A stretch of 64,000 nucleotides of DNA from an uncultured bacterium (lineage in GTDB: Bacteria; Verrucomicrobiota; Verrucomicrobiia; Limisphaerales; UBA8199). The DNA lies in the NCBI GenBank assembly GCA_963749495.1, contig CAVVMW010000018.1, forward strand, positions 288,001 to 352,000, in the 5' to 3' direction. This document shows, piece by piece, positions 38,419 through 51,700 of the stretch. The notes under the pieces were generated by a model. The model was not told the origin of the DNA. It was given only the letters and a program-made list of their open reading frames with translations, and made no database searches. A program made the position numbers and the translations under genes. Numbering within the stretch: the stretch's first letter is position 1; every line of letters begins with the position of its first letter.

Positions 38419-39372
38419 TTATCCCAGCATGTTCTCCAGCACGATTAACGCACCGCGCCGAACCGGCTCCGAGCGCAACGCCAGCGCATAGTACTTCTGA
38501 ATCCACCCGGGCTGAGCGGCGTTGCGTTCCCGCCAGACCGCCTTGAGAACGCGTTCCGTGCGCTCCACTTGCTGCATCGCCGAGGCGAAGGATTCCCGCC
38601 CCTCGGGCAGGTCGGAAATGTCGCCGACGAAAAAGCGGGTGATGCGTTTGCGGGCGAACACGGCCTGCAAGAGCATCACGACCGTCTGTTCGTAAGGATA
38701 CCAGCGGCGGGCCAGCACCTCGGCCAGAAAGGCGTGGCGCACCGCAAAAAACTCAGACCGCGGCCGCTCGGTAAACTGGCGAATCTCCTGCGCCTCCGCC
38801 GGAAACCAGTTGTATAGCAGCGCAAAAGTCCCGTAGGTGTCGATGAGTTGTTTGGGGTTGTTGTGGTCCGTCGCGATCTCGCCGATGCAGAGGTCCTGGT
38901 CCAGTTCCAAGATGATCTCCGGCAGGTCGTGCAAGCGGCCCAACACCTCTTGACCGACAGCCGTGCCGTAGTTGAAGTCGCCTGGGATGAGCCAATAGAC
39001 ATCTCCGGGCCCGCCCTGTTCGAAGGCCATCCCCAGCCCCGTGTACCACATCTGACACGTATCCACGCACCACGCGTCCAGCACCTCGGAGTAACGGGCG
39101 ACGGTCCCTTGCTTGAAAGCCAGAAAGGCCTCGTCGTGCGCCATGCGGTAATGCGTCTTGCGATCCATCACCGTGATTGGCCGGGCGTAAGTGCTTTTCT
39201 CAGCGTCGAGCCGCGCGACCAGTTGGTACAACGCTTGCAGGTCGGCGTAGTCCCCCGGCTGGCTGAAGGGGTAAATGACCACCGGGTGAATGAGCCCGTG
39301 GCGGCTGGAGCCGGATTTCCTGGCCGCCGTGGCCGCTTTCTCCCGTTGAGTGCGCGCCGCAGTTTTCCTCAT
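38419..39372 (-). CDS. Hypothetical protein, possibly GT-A-fold glycosyltransferase-like
   Basis: 317 aa; PVVIYPF, WCVDTCQMW, YWLIPGDF, RPRSEFF and YPYEQT. The fold is a guess from motif spacing. Confidence 0.55.
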   Translation of the reverse strand: MRKTAARTQREKAATAARKSGSSRHGLIHPVVIYPFSQPGDYADLQALYQLVARLDAEKSTYARPITVMDRKTHYRMAHDEAFLAFKQGTVARYSEVLDAWCVDTCQMWYTGLGMAFEQGGPGDVYWLIPGDFNYGTAVGQEVLGRLHDLPEIILELDQDLCIGEIATDHNNPKQLIDTYGTFALLYNWFPAEAQEIRQFTERPRSEFFAVRHAFLAEVLARRWYPYEQTVVMLLQAVFARKRITRFFVGDISDLPEGRESFASAMQQVERTERVLKAVWRERNAAQPGWIQKYYALALRSEPVRRGALIVLENMLG

Positions 39373-39738
39373 AGGCTGATGGCGGGGTGAGCGGGGACGG
39401 GGCGCTCTGGCCTTGGAGCAGGCTGTCCTCCGGAAATCGCCAGAACGTAACTTAAGGCTTTGGCCGCGTCCCCGCAGGGGTGCATGACTGGACCCTACGC
39501 CGGCCCTGCCCGCTCGGCAACAACAAAGCCGCCAGCCACGAGCGCAGCCCTACCGTGAGGGCATGCCGGGGCGGACGCGGCCGGGGGCATTCTTGGGAGC
39601 GGAAACGCGCAATTCAGGTTAGTCCAGCTTCCTTTTTTTGTTTCATTCTGGCTTGACTGACCGCCACTGACGAACCTAATCTCCGCGCTATTCGGCATAT
39701 CCCGCATTGGCGGGGTCGGCATAAAGGGCGGCAGGTCG

Positions 39739-42700
39739 TTGGCAGCAAAATCAGTTGGCGCAGTGAGCGGAAACAACTCTAATTTCGAGTTTGAATTGCT
39801 CGCCCTTGAGCCGAGGGTGATGCTTTCCGCGGCCCTGGCCGGAGGCGTGGCAGGGGCGTGTCATGCCGCACACGCTGGGAATTGGCTCCAGCCTATCGAG
39901 GAGGTCCGTGTGGCTGCGGGTCCGGAGATTACCAGTGCCCCGGCGGCGGAGGGCGCCTCGGGCAGAATCAGCATTTTGGAGGGGTTGATGGAAGCGACCG
40001 CCGCCACTTCTTCGACCCCAGCCACCCCTTCGCCGGAGGCTCCCGCAAGTTCACCGGGGAGCGCTGACAAGGGCGAAGCAAGCGGCACAACGCAAGCCGC
40101 AGCGAGAGTGACACCTCCCCCTTCAGCCGCGCCAATCGCGGCCGGCAATTCAGAGGCTCATCTCCAGCTTCCCGGCACTGCGGCGCCGGGATCGAATGGG
40201 CCACAAGCGGCGCAGCTCACTCAAACCCTGCGGGGCGCGAATGGCCCGCCCGAGCCCATGGACCTGGGTGAGGTGTTTAACGTAACATATTCGGGTTCAG
40301 CAGCTTCCGTATTCAAGACGGAAGGAGGGGCGGTGAGTTTAGTCCTCGATAGCCCCGGTCAAGGCCAATTACGCATAAGCGGTTCTCTTAATGGAACACC
40401 CTTTGGCCCCATTACTCTAAAGGGTGTGCTGAGTGTCATCCTGGACACCAGCCAGCCTGACGGCGGCAGTTCCGGGGATACGATCGTGCTCAAGGATTTG
40501 CGCGGCAGTGGAGTCCAGGCACTGAGGATTCGGACCGGCCCTGGGGACAACCAACTGATTCTTGATGGTGTCGAGGCGGGGACTACGGACGGTGCGATGA
40601 GAGTTGACTGGGACGCCGGCAGCGGAGCCAACACGCTGTGGGGTCCGCAGGGGGATACCACCTGGACTGTGACCGGCAAGAACAGCGGTTCTGCGGCGGG
40701 GGTTGGTTTTCAAGGAGTCGAGTTTCTCAAAGGCGCGGCCAATAATCGGGATACGTTCGTCTTCGCGCCGGGCGGCAGCATCAGTGGATGGATCGATGGA
40801 GGTGACGGGGGATTTGACAGTCTGGTCATCCAGGGTGGGGATCTGGGCAGTGTGCAATTCCTCGGGGCGGGGCCCCATTCGGGGACAGTCATTCTCGACG
40901 GGAACCCCATCCGCTATTTTGGCCTGGAGCCTATCACGCTCACGGGCTCGGGCAGCCCGGACGTGACGGTCACCGGTTCCGACGCCAACGACCAACTGGT
41001 CCTGGAAGCCGACCCGAGCCACGCAGGTTCACTGCGTGTCCGCAGCCTGAATGGAACCATCGAGAGTGTGAGTTTCCCGGACCCGTCCAATTCGTTGACG
41101 ATTAACCTGGGCAACGGCAATGACACCCTGGCCATCAATGCGCTGGACCCGGGTTTCGGCGGTTCGTTGACCGTAAAGGGCGGCAGCGGGGTGGACGAGA
41201 TCGATATCAGCCAAAACGTCCAACTGAAGCTCCCTGGGCACAGTTTGAGCCTTAGCGCCCAAACGATACGGGTGAATACCGGGGTTACCATCAACACCAC
41301 CAAGGCCGGCGGCAATGGGACAATCAGTCTCACCGCGGTTGACACCCAGACCGGGACCAACGGGTCGGCCAACACGCTGATTCAAATCACCGGAGCGACC
41401 ATCACCGGTGGCGATATTACCATCAGCGCCTCGTCCACCGAGACGCCGAGCGCGACGGGTAGCGCGCTGGAGCTGATCAACGCGCAATCGCATGCCCAGG
41501 TTTCCATCAACAACGCCTCGCACGTTACCAGCAGCGGGAAGGTGACTGTCACGGCTGCTTCGACGGTTACGGCCACGGCGACCGCCCAGGTCGGTTCCGG
41601 GGGCAGCACCAGCGTGGATGCCGCTGTCGCAAACTCGACTCTCACCAGTTCAGCCATTGCGCACGTGGCCGGGTCGCTGGCGGTGACGGGGACCTTGGGG
41701 ATTTGGGCCACCAACACCGTCACGGTGACTACGAGCGCCGATGGCTCTCAGGGGGGAAGCGGGGCCATGGGAGGGGTCATTTGCACCGCCAGCGTCACGA
41801 GCGTGACCCAGGCCTACATCAATGGCAACGGGCCAATCTCGGCTTCGGCCATCACCGTCTCGGCCACCTCGAACAACAATGTCCCCACCAGCGTCAAATC
41901 CACAGCCAACGGGGCCTCCCAGAATAGCGCCGGCGACGACCCCAGCACCAAGACCCAGGGTAATGCCCAAACCAGTGATGGGACTATTGGCGTTGCTGCC
42001 GCACTGGCGTTCACCAGCCTGTCTAGCCAGACCCAGGCCTACGTGGCCCCCGGCGGGGCTACCATCACCGCCGGCAGCCTGAAGATCAGCTCCAATTCAA
42101 CCGACGTTACCTCCGCCTCCGCGGACGGGAGCTCCACCCAAAGCTCCTCTGGCTCCTCCGGCTCCTCTGGCAGCCCAGGGTTTGGCGTAGCCGTGGCCGT
42201 CAATCTGGACAACGTCCTGGATGAGGCCTATATCGGCGGAACGGTCACGCTGGCGGTGCCCAGCACGACCGTCGAGGCGATCAAGCCGTCAGCATCAAGC
42301 TTTACCGCCTCGGCCATCTCGGGCGCCGGCGCGGGCGGCAGCACCACCTTTGCGGGCGCCTTTGCCTTCATCAAGGCGACCGACCAGACGGATGCCGTGA
42401 TCAAGTCGGGGGCCAACGTAACCGCCACCGGCGGGGGCGGCCTGACGTTCACCGCCACCAACCTGGTGAGTTCCTCGACCACAGCCAAGCCGGCGCAAGC
42501 CGGCCAGGCCGGTTGCGGGATTGGCGCTTCGGTGGCGCTGACCATCAATGACATCACGACGCGGGCGGAGGTGGAAGACACGGCGGTGCTCTCCGGGGCC
42601 AAGGACCTATCACTGGCGGCGACGCTCACGCCGACCGTGCTCACGGACGCGGAGGCCGGCGCGGGCGGCACCGGCACGACTGTTGGCGGGGCGGCGGCGC

Positions 42701-45700
42701 TCACGATAGCGGACAACAAGACCTCCGCCCGTATCGGCACAGCGACCGGCACCATGTCCTTGACGGGGCTCTCTCGCTCAAGGCCAATGAAACCCAGGGA
42801 GCGACCACCACGACGGCCGACGGAACGGTGTCCGGCGGCAGCGCCGGCTTCGGGGTGGTGGTGGCTATCGCGATACCCACCGACCGGGTGACAGCGACGG
42901 CCGAGCGAGGCATTGTCAGCACGGGCACCGGGGCATCCACTATCGAAGCCATCACGGTGGCGCAAACCCGGACCTCATCCAAATCCAGCGTCAAAGGCGC
43001 CAGCGCCAACCAGCCCTCCGGCCAGAACACCTCGCAAGGGCAAACGAACAAGAACAGCTCGTTCCTCCAGAGCAAGGCCTCGTCCGGCACAGACACCGGC
43101 GGCAGCGCCCCAGACCAGAGCACCAGTGACGGGTCTATTGGAGTGGCGGCGGCCATCGCCGTGAACATCTCCAGCGCCACGGCCAAAGCGGCCGTGTTGG
43201 CCAACCTCAGCACCGGCGGCGCCCTGACGATTCACAGTTCGGCCAACGCAGATGCCATAGCCAAGGCCGATGCCAGCGCCACGCTCATGCCGACCAAGAC
43301 GGTGACGTTCGATCCCACCGCCTCAGGGGTCGTAGTCACAGACCAAAACGCCACCGACGCCAACACCATCAAAGTCGGGACCAATAATTGGAAAAACGGC
43401 GACCCGGTCAAGTACAGCGTCGGCTCCGGCGGGACGGCCATCGGCGGGCTGACCGATGGCAGCACCTATTATGTCATCACGGTAGCCTCGGACCCAACGA
43501 AGATACAACTGGCCGCTTCACCGGCAGATGTGAGCGGCAACACGCCCGTTACCCTGTCGAGTGGCGCAGCCGGCACCAGCCACACCCTGGGCGGTCCCGA
43601 CCATTCCTCGGGCGACGGCGTCGGGGTAGCGGTCGCGGTGAACAAGGCCGACCTGGCCAATCAGGCCTACATCGCCGGCACTGCCACCGTCACGTCTTCC
43701 GGCTTGACGGTCACCGCCGACATGACCAAGCGGGGAGCGACCTTTGACCCGTCTTCCAAAGTTGACCTGACTGCCGGCACCATCGATGTCGGAAATCAAG
43801 GCTGGGAGACGGGCGACGCCGTCACCTACAGCGCCGGCGGCGGGACGGCCATCGGCGGGTTGACGGATGGCTCAACCTATTTCGTCATCAAGACCGTCAG
43901 CAAGACCTTTAACGGGGGCGATTCGGGGGTCGTGGACACGAGCAACGGCACGATTAAAGTGGGCAGCAACGATTGGAAGAACGGAGATGCGGTCGTCTAT
44001 GACGCCGGCGGGCAAAGTCCGATTGGCGGCCTGACGGATGGCAAGACTTACTACGTTATTGCCAATACAAGTGATCCGACGAAAGTGAAGCTGGCCAAGA
44101 CTCAGGCGGATGCCACAGCGTCCACTCCAACTCCAATCACGCTGACCGGATTGGGGTCCGGCACTCAGTCGCTCACCCGCCAGGCGGATGGCACCAAGAT
44201 CAAACTCGCCGCGTCCGCCGCGGACGCCCAGGCCGGCAACGCCATCAGTCTGACCTCAGGCGCGACGGGCACGACTCATTCGCTCACCGAGCAGGTCCAC
44301 ACCTTCTCCGCCAAGGCGATTGCGGGGGCGGGTGCGCCACAGGTCGGCGTCGCGGGCGCCGCAGCCATCAACATCGTTACCGACAAGACCGAGGCGTATT
44401 TGGCCTCCGGCGCCAACCTCAATGCCAATGGCGGCGGTCTCACGATGGCGGCCACCGATACGACTTCCGCCTCCGCCACGGGCACCGCCAAGAGCGAGGA
44501 CGGCTGCAAGGACGGCATCGGGCTTGGTTTCGCCCTCAATATCGTGCCCATCACCACCCGGGCGGAGGTCGAGGACACCGTGGTTCTAAGCGGGATTAAG
44601 GATCTCTCACTGAAAGCCACGACGAGCCCCAGCATCACGACGCAGGCCGATGCCGGGGCGGCGGGCAGCAGCTTCAGCCTGGGCGGGGCGGTCGCTCTGA
44701 ATATTGGGGATACCAGGACAACGGCGCGCCTCGGCACGGCCACCGGCACGACCACCCTGAAGGGCGCGATAACCCTGGAAGCCGATGAGAAGTCGGGGAC
44801 CATCACCACCACCGCCGACGGGACGGCCTCAGGCAAGAATGTGGGAATTGGGGCGGCCGTCGCCATCAACCTCTCGACGGATACGGCGAGCGCCACGACC
44901 GAACGGAGCCTGAGCACCAGCGGCACCGGCGCCTCCAGTGTGGCGGCAAGCTGCATCTGCCGCACCAACACCACCACCAAGGCCAGCGTCAAGGGCGAAT
45001 CCCAAAAGCAGCCTGCCAACAAGAGCGACTCGCAACAGCAGACGGACAACAACAGCAACTATGCCAAGAGCCAGGCCCCGGCCGGGACGAACACCGAGAA
45101 CGACAAATCCACCAATCAGCAGACCAGTGACGGGCCGGTGGGCGTGGCCGCGGCTATCAGCGTGAACATTTCCGATGTCATCGCCAACGCCGCTGTCCTG
45201 GCCAACCTCACCACGGGGGGCGCTCTGGCCGTCCATTCCTCGGTCAATGCGGATACTCTGTTGAACGCGGACGGCAGCGCCGTCCTGAACCCGCAGAGCA
45301 AGAGTTCCAGCCAGGGCGGTTCGGGCGGTTCCAGCGGCGGCGGCTCCGGCAGCGGCAGCTCCAGCAGCAGCTCGGGGGTGGGTATCGGCGTCGCCGTGAC
45401 GGTCAACGTCGCCGGGGTCACCAACAAGGCCTACATCGGCCCCAACGCCGCCGTCACTTGCGCCGGCCTGAGCGTGACGGCCGATATGGCCCCGCGCAAC
45501 GAGGTCACCTTCGATCCGGCCAGCGCCGTGAGCACGACGGATAACACGATCAAAGTTGGGGCCAATAAATTCACCACCGGGGATGCGGTGCTTTACAGCA
45601 GCGGCGGCGGCACCAGCATCGGCGGTCTGACCGATGGCTCCACCTACTACGTGATCAAGGATGTCGCCAAGACCTTCGACGCCGGCAGCAGCGATGTCGT

Positions 45701-48700
45701 GGATACCAACGGCGGCAACACCATTAAAGTGGGAACCAACGATTGGAAGACCGGGGATGCGGTCGTCTATGACGATGGCGGGCAACAGCCCATCGGCGGC
45801 CTCGTCGACGGACAGACCTACTACGTGATCACGACCAGCGATTCTACCAAAGTGAAGCTGGCCAAGACTCAGGCTGATGCCACAGCCGGCACCGCCATCA
45901 CCCTGAACGGATTGGGCTCCGGTGACAAGCAGTCGCTCGCCCACAAGGCCGATCCCACCCTGATAAAGCTTGCGGCCTCCGCCGATGATGCCAAGGCCGG
46001 CAAGGCCATCACGCTGTCGGCTGGCGCGACCGGAACGACCCATTCCATCTCCGACCAGATCGACACTCTCTCGGCGCAGTCGGTTGCCGGCGCCGGGTCG
46101 AACAACGTCGGCATCGCCGGCTCGGTGGCCATCAACATAGTGAGCACGGACACCGAGGCGCGGATTTATTCCGGCTCGGCCGGCGTGGTGGATAACGGTG
46201 CTTTGGCGATCAAGGCCTCAACCGTCACCCATAGCACGGCCAGCGCCACCCCGAGCGCCCCGGTCTCGGGCGGCAGTGTTGGCGTCGGCGCCTCGGTCGC
46301 GCTGAACATCATCTCGAACACCGTGCTGGCCCAAATCAACAATGGCGTTTCCGTGACTGGGACCCTGGCCGATTTCACCGTGGATGCCAGCGCCGCCCAC
46401 ACCGTCACGACCCAGACCGATGCCGGCAGCGCGGGCAGCGATGCCATATCGGCGTCGGTGGCTCTTTCCATCGTGAGCGACAAGACGATCGCCCTGGCGG
46501 ACACCGGCACGCAGAGCGCGGCCAGCGGGCTTGGCCGGGTCCAGGCCACCCACATCAGCGCGGTATCCACCATCGCCAAGGCCTCCGCCGCCGGCAAGAG
46601 CGTGGCGGTCGGCGCTTCGGTCGCCGTGGCGGTCGTGCACGAGACCGCCTCAGCCACGCTCAACCGCAATCTCCACACCAAGGGCGAGATCGACATCCTT
46701 TCGCAATCCTCGACCCAAAGCACCGTTGAAGCCCGCGGCAGCGCTACGGGCAGCAAGAGCAAGGACAACGGCGGGAAAAGCGCCGACTCTACGGCCAATG
46801 ATTCGGTCAAAAGCAATCCCAATACGCAGCAAACCAGCGACCTGCCCACGTCCAGCGACCAGTCGAGCACCGCCAACAGCCAGTCCGAGTCCGATTCCAG
46901 TTCCAGCTCCAGCAGCGTCAATGTGGCCGCGGCCATCAGCGTGAACGTCGTTTTTGACAACAACAGCGCCTCGATAGGCCCCGGCTCAACAGGCCAGCCT
47001 CAAGTGGTCCAGTCCGATACCGGCGCCATCCGGGTCAGCGCCACCAACATATCCACGGAGTCGGCCAAGGGCACCGGTCTGGCCTATAGCTTCGATCTCA
47101 AGAATTCCTCGGACAACATCGGCGCCGCACTCGGATTGAACTATGTCCAAGTCACCAATACGGCCAGCGTCGGGGCCAACGCAACGCTCCAGGGCCAGGG
47201 CGTCACGGTCGAGGCGGTAACGCCTTCGGGCAAGGCCAATGCTTTCACGGCCTGGGGCCTGTCCGCGGCGGGCGGCAAGGGCAACGTCGGCGTGGCCGGC
47301 TTCGCCGCCATCAATGTGGTGCACGTGACCACCGGGGCATCGGTCGCCGACGGCGACAACATCAAGTCGTCCGGGGACATGGCCGTCACCGCCCGGAGCG
47401 AGATGGGCCTGCAGATCATCGCGGGCGGAGGCGCGATTTCCACCGGCAAAGTCGCCGTCGGGGCGGGGGTGGCCATCAACCTCATCACCAATACGACCAC
47501 CGCCTCGCTGGGCAATGGCAGCGCGGATGCCACCGGCAACCTGTCGGTGACGGCTACCGGCACAATCAGTCCGCTGGCGGTCAGCATTCCCGTGCTGGGG
47601 AGCCTCGGGGTGACCTCGCTCCCCCCCGTGACCTCGCTCGCCGCCGGGGCCGGCGTGACGACTTCCGGCAGCGCCGGTGTCGCCGGCTCGGCCGTCATCA
47701 GCATTTTCAACCTGACCACCTCGGCTTACATAGCAGGCGGCGCCCAGATCAACCAGCGGCTGACGCCAGGGGCGACTCAAAGCATTACGATTCAGGCCAC
47801 GGATACGTTCACGATCGACAGCGGCGCCGGCAGCCTGGGAGTAGGCACGGATGGCGCCGGGGTAGGGGCGGGACTGGATTTGGACGTGCTCAACAAGGAC
47901 ACGCGCGCCTATATTGGCGCCGGGGCGGTTGCCAAAGCGGCGGGCGGCATCACCATCGAGGCGGACTCGACCGAGACGATTCTATCGGTCGCCACGAACG
48001 TAGGCGGGGGCAGTTCGGCGGGCATAGCCGGCTCGGCCTCCGTGCAAGTCATCACCACCGGCGCTCGGGCGTATGTTGACGATACGCCCAGCGGCACGGG
48101 GGCCTCGCTCAGTGCGGGCGGCGATGTGACGATCACGGCGAGCGACACGTTCAAGGCGACCATGATAGCGGGCTCCATCGGTGTGGCCAGCAGCGCGGGA
48201 ATTGGGGCGGCCAATACGACCTTGGTCCATTCCGAAACCGTAGAGGCTTATGTGGGGCAGCGCGCCTCGGTGTCATCCCAGGGGACCAATGGGCTATCGG
48301 TGGGTGCGAGTTCCTCCGAGGAATTGATCACGATTGCCGTCGCCGGAGGCGCTGCGGGCACGGTCGGCATCGCCGGCTCGGCCGTGGTCAATGACTTGAA
48401 CGAGACGACCCTGGCCTTCATTGCCAACGGCGCCACCATCACTTGCGCGTCCTCGACGGGCGGGACGCCGGGGATAGCGTTGAACGCGAGCGATGACACC
48501 ACGATCGTGTCGGTCGCCGGCTCCATCGCGGTGGGAGGCACCGCCGGAGTCGGCGTGGGCGCGGACGTGGGTGTTTTCAACAAGACCACGCAGGCACGCA
48601 TCGGCTCGAACGTGACGGCGAACACCGCGGGCGACATCGTCATCACGGCCAATTCCACCGAACACGTTACCTCCGGGGCGGCCGGCATTGACGCCAGCGG

Positions 48701-51700
48701 TTCGGCCAGTGTGGGCGTGAATGCCTCGCTGCACGTGTTCAACGTAAAGACCCGCGCCTTCATCGGGGATGACCCGAGCGATAACACCCCCAGCGCGGGG
48801 CCCGGCCATGTTCACGCCCGCGGCAACGTGATCGTTCAGGCCAACGATGAGAGCAAGCTCAACGCCATCGTGGGCGTGATCTCCGTCTCCGGCGAGGCCG
48901 CCGTGACCGCCGCCGGCGCGGTGACGGTGATGGACAAGACGACCGAGGCCTTTGTTGGCGCCGGCGCCTGGGTGACCGCCGACGGCCAATCGGCCGGCCA
49001 TGATGTCCGCACGGGCGCCTATGCGCCTCAGACCGATACCACCACTGCCAGTTACAATCCCAAGACTCAGACGCCGCAAGCCATTGAGACCAGCACGATG
49101 TCCGGCGTGCCAACGGATGTTCAGGCGCTGCAGTCCCAGGGTGATATCAGCCTGCCGACGCTGCCCAACTTGGAGGTCGGCAGTCTGGACACCAATCCGA
49201 GCAGCACCGACCTGGCCGTCTTCACCAGCGGCCGGCGCTATGGGTCGCCGGTCATGGAGCAGGGCTTCCATGGCCTGGCGGTGACCGCTACCAACAGCGA
49301 TAACATTGGCTCGCTGACCATCGGGGTCGCAGGCGCGTATGTCGGCGTCGCCGTTTCCGCCGGGGTCAACGTGATCAAGAACATGACGCGCGCGTATGTC
49401 GGGGCGAATGGGGCGATTAACCAGGACCAATCCACGGCTGGCCCATCGCAATGTGTTCTGGTGGCAGCCGGGAGCGATTTCCACCATCTGGCGGTCGTGG
49501 CGACGCTGGCGGCGGGCGCCGTGGGCGTGAGCCCGGCGGTCAATGTCACGGTGCTGGGCAACACGACCCAGGCCTACTTGGATGCCGGTTCGGTGGTCAA
49601 CGCGAATGGGGATGTTCAAGTGCAGGCGCACGGCCGTGAGGACTTGGTCCTGATGGGGTTCGGCGTCGCGGCGGGCGTCGTTGGGGTCGGTGGTTCGGTC
49701 ACCGTCCTCACGATCAATAACACCACCACCGCTTCGATCCTGGGCACGGCGAGCGCCGGCGGCGATGCGCTGGTGCTGGCGACGGACGACACCGGTCTGG
49801 GCTCCGTCTGCGGGTCGCTGGGCGCGGGCCTGGTTGGAGTGGGCGGGTCAGTCGGTGTCGCCTCGATTAACAAGAACACGCAGGCGTTCATCGGCGACAA
49901 CGCGAAGGTGGACGCCTTGGGCGCGGGCGCAGGCTGGAGCGGGATTCTGGATGGGACCAAGACGACCGATGCCAGTGGGAACGAGGCCTTTGGCACTCTG
50001 GCTGCCCCCGGCGTGATCGTGCAAGCGCAGTCAACCGAGACCATTTTCCACCTGGCTTTGACTGCGTCCGGCGGGTTCGTAGGGGTTGCCGGGGCGGTGT
50101 TGGTCACCCTGGTCAACTCCAATACAGTTGCTTATATCGGCTCGAATGCCCAAATCAACCAGACGAACAGCGATGCTAGCGGCACTCCGAACCAGGGTGT
50201 CTTCGTCGGGGCATCGGACCTGGTCAGCGCGACCGTGGCGGCGCGGTTCGGGACCGGGGGGTTTGTCGCTGTGGGCGCGGGCATCACGGTTGGGAGCATC
50301 AAGAATGACACGACGGCAACCATTCGCAACGGGACCAACGTCAGGGCCAAAGGGAACGTGGCGGTGAACGCGCTGCAAATCAATGATCTGCACATCTATG
50401 CCTTTGGCGGCGCCGGCGGTTTTGTCCCCGTGGAGGCATCCGTGGCTGTCTGGACGGTGGGCAGCCAGGTCGAGAAGACTTACACGGATAACAACAACCA
50501 CTCCGCCGATGCGGCACAAAACCAAGACAAAAATGGCAAGCCCACCGCGGACGCCGATGCGGATGCCACCCAGGAGGCCAGCGGCTCGACCAGTCTGGTC
50601 TCCGGGTTCTTGGGAAGTTACGGCACGGCGACGTTCAGTCCCGCATCGGCGGCGGATCTGACATCGAGCAGCATCGAAGTCGGCAACCAGGGATGGCAGA
50701 CCGGCGATGCCTTGGTCTATCACCAGGGCGGCAGCAGCAATACCCCCATCGGCGGCCTGAGCGATGGGACGACGTACTACGTGATTAATGTTCCGGGCGA
50801 TCCGACCAGGGTTCGCCTGGCAGCGAGCGCGGCCGATGCCAAGAACGGCCAGGCCATCACTCTCACGTCAACCGGCACCGGCAACAATCAATCCTTGGAC
50901 CGCTCCGATTATTCCCGGCCGCCGGCCAGCGCCAACGACGGGGTCGGAGCGGCTGCCTCCCAGGTTGCGGCCCGTCTCAACTCCGATGCTCCAAGTTCGA
51001 CGAGCCTGACGGGTCAGATCAACAGCGCCCCGACTTCCGTGGGCTCGGAGGCCTCGATTGCCGCGGGAGCGGCCGTGCAGGTGGGCGGCAATATCCAGGT
51101 AACGGCCGCGAACTGGGTCGGCCTCACTACGGTCGTGGGCGGGTTCTCGGCCGGGGTCTTTAGCACGACCGCCGGGATAACGGTCCTGGGCGTCGAGGCC
51201 AATGCCAACGCCCATGCCGACGGGACCATGCAGGCCGGGGGCGACCTGGCCGTGAATGGGCTTCTGGACGAGGAGTTGCACCTTAGGGCCGTGTCGGGCG
51301 CCGGCGGCCTCGTAGGGGTAGGCGGCGCGGTAGTGCAGTTCACCGATTCCAGCGCAGTCCAGGCCAGTCTCGGGGACGGGGCGGCGGTTCCGGCGGCAGG
51401 GAATGTGAAAGTGCAGGCGACCGAGACCGTTGGCCCAACTCCAGGCCCCGACCCGTATGACAGCGCGAACCCGATTGTGGAAACATTCGTGGGCAACGTC
51501 TCGGTGGGGGCAACGGGCGCGTCCTTCAGCACCACGACCTTCAACGGCAGCGTGACGGCCTATGTGGGCAAGAACGCGCAAGTGGGACAGACGACCGCCG
51601 GACCGATCGGCAGCCTGAACGTGGACGCGACGGCCACCATCGACGCCAATGCCACGACCAATGCGGGCACCATCGGCATTGGGCTGGCCATGACGGCCAA

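Noticed and set aside
42760..42770. Programmed frameshift or phase variation in the giant gene
   Set aside because: Only a G4 run, with no slippery heptamer or long tract. Similar indels occur in unrelated genes across the window.
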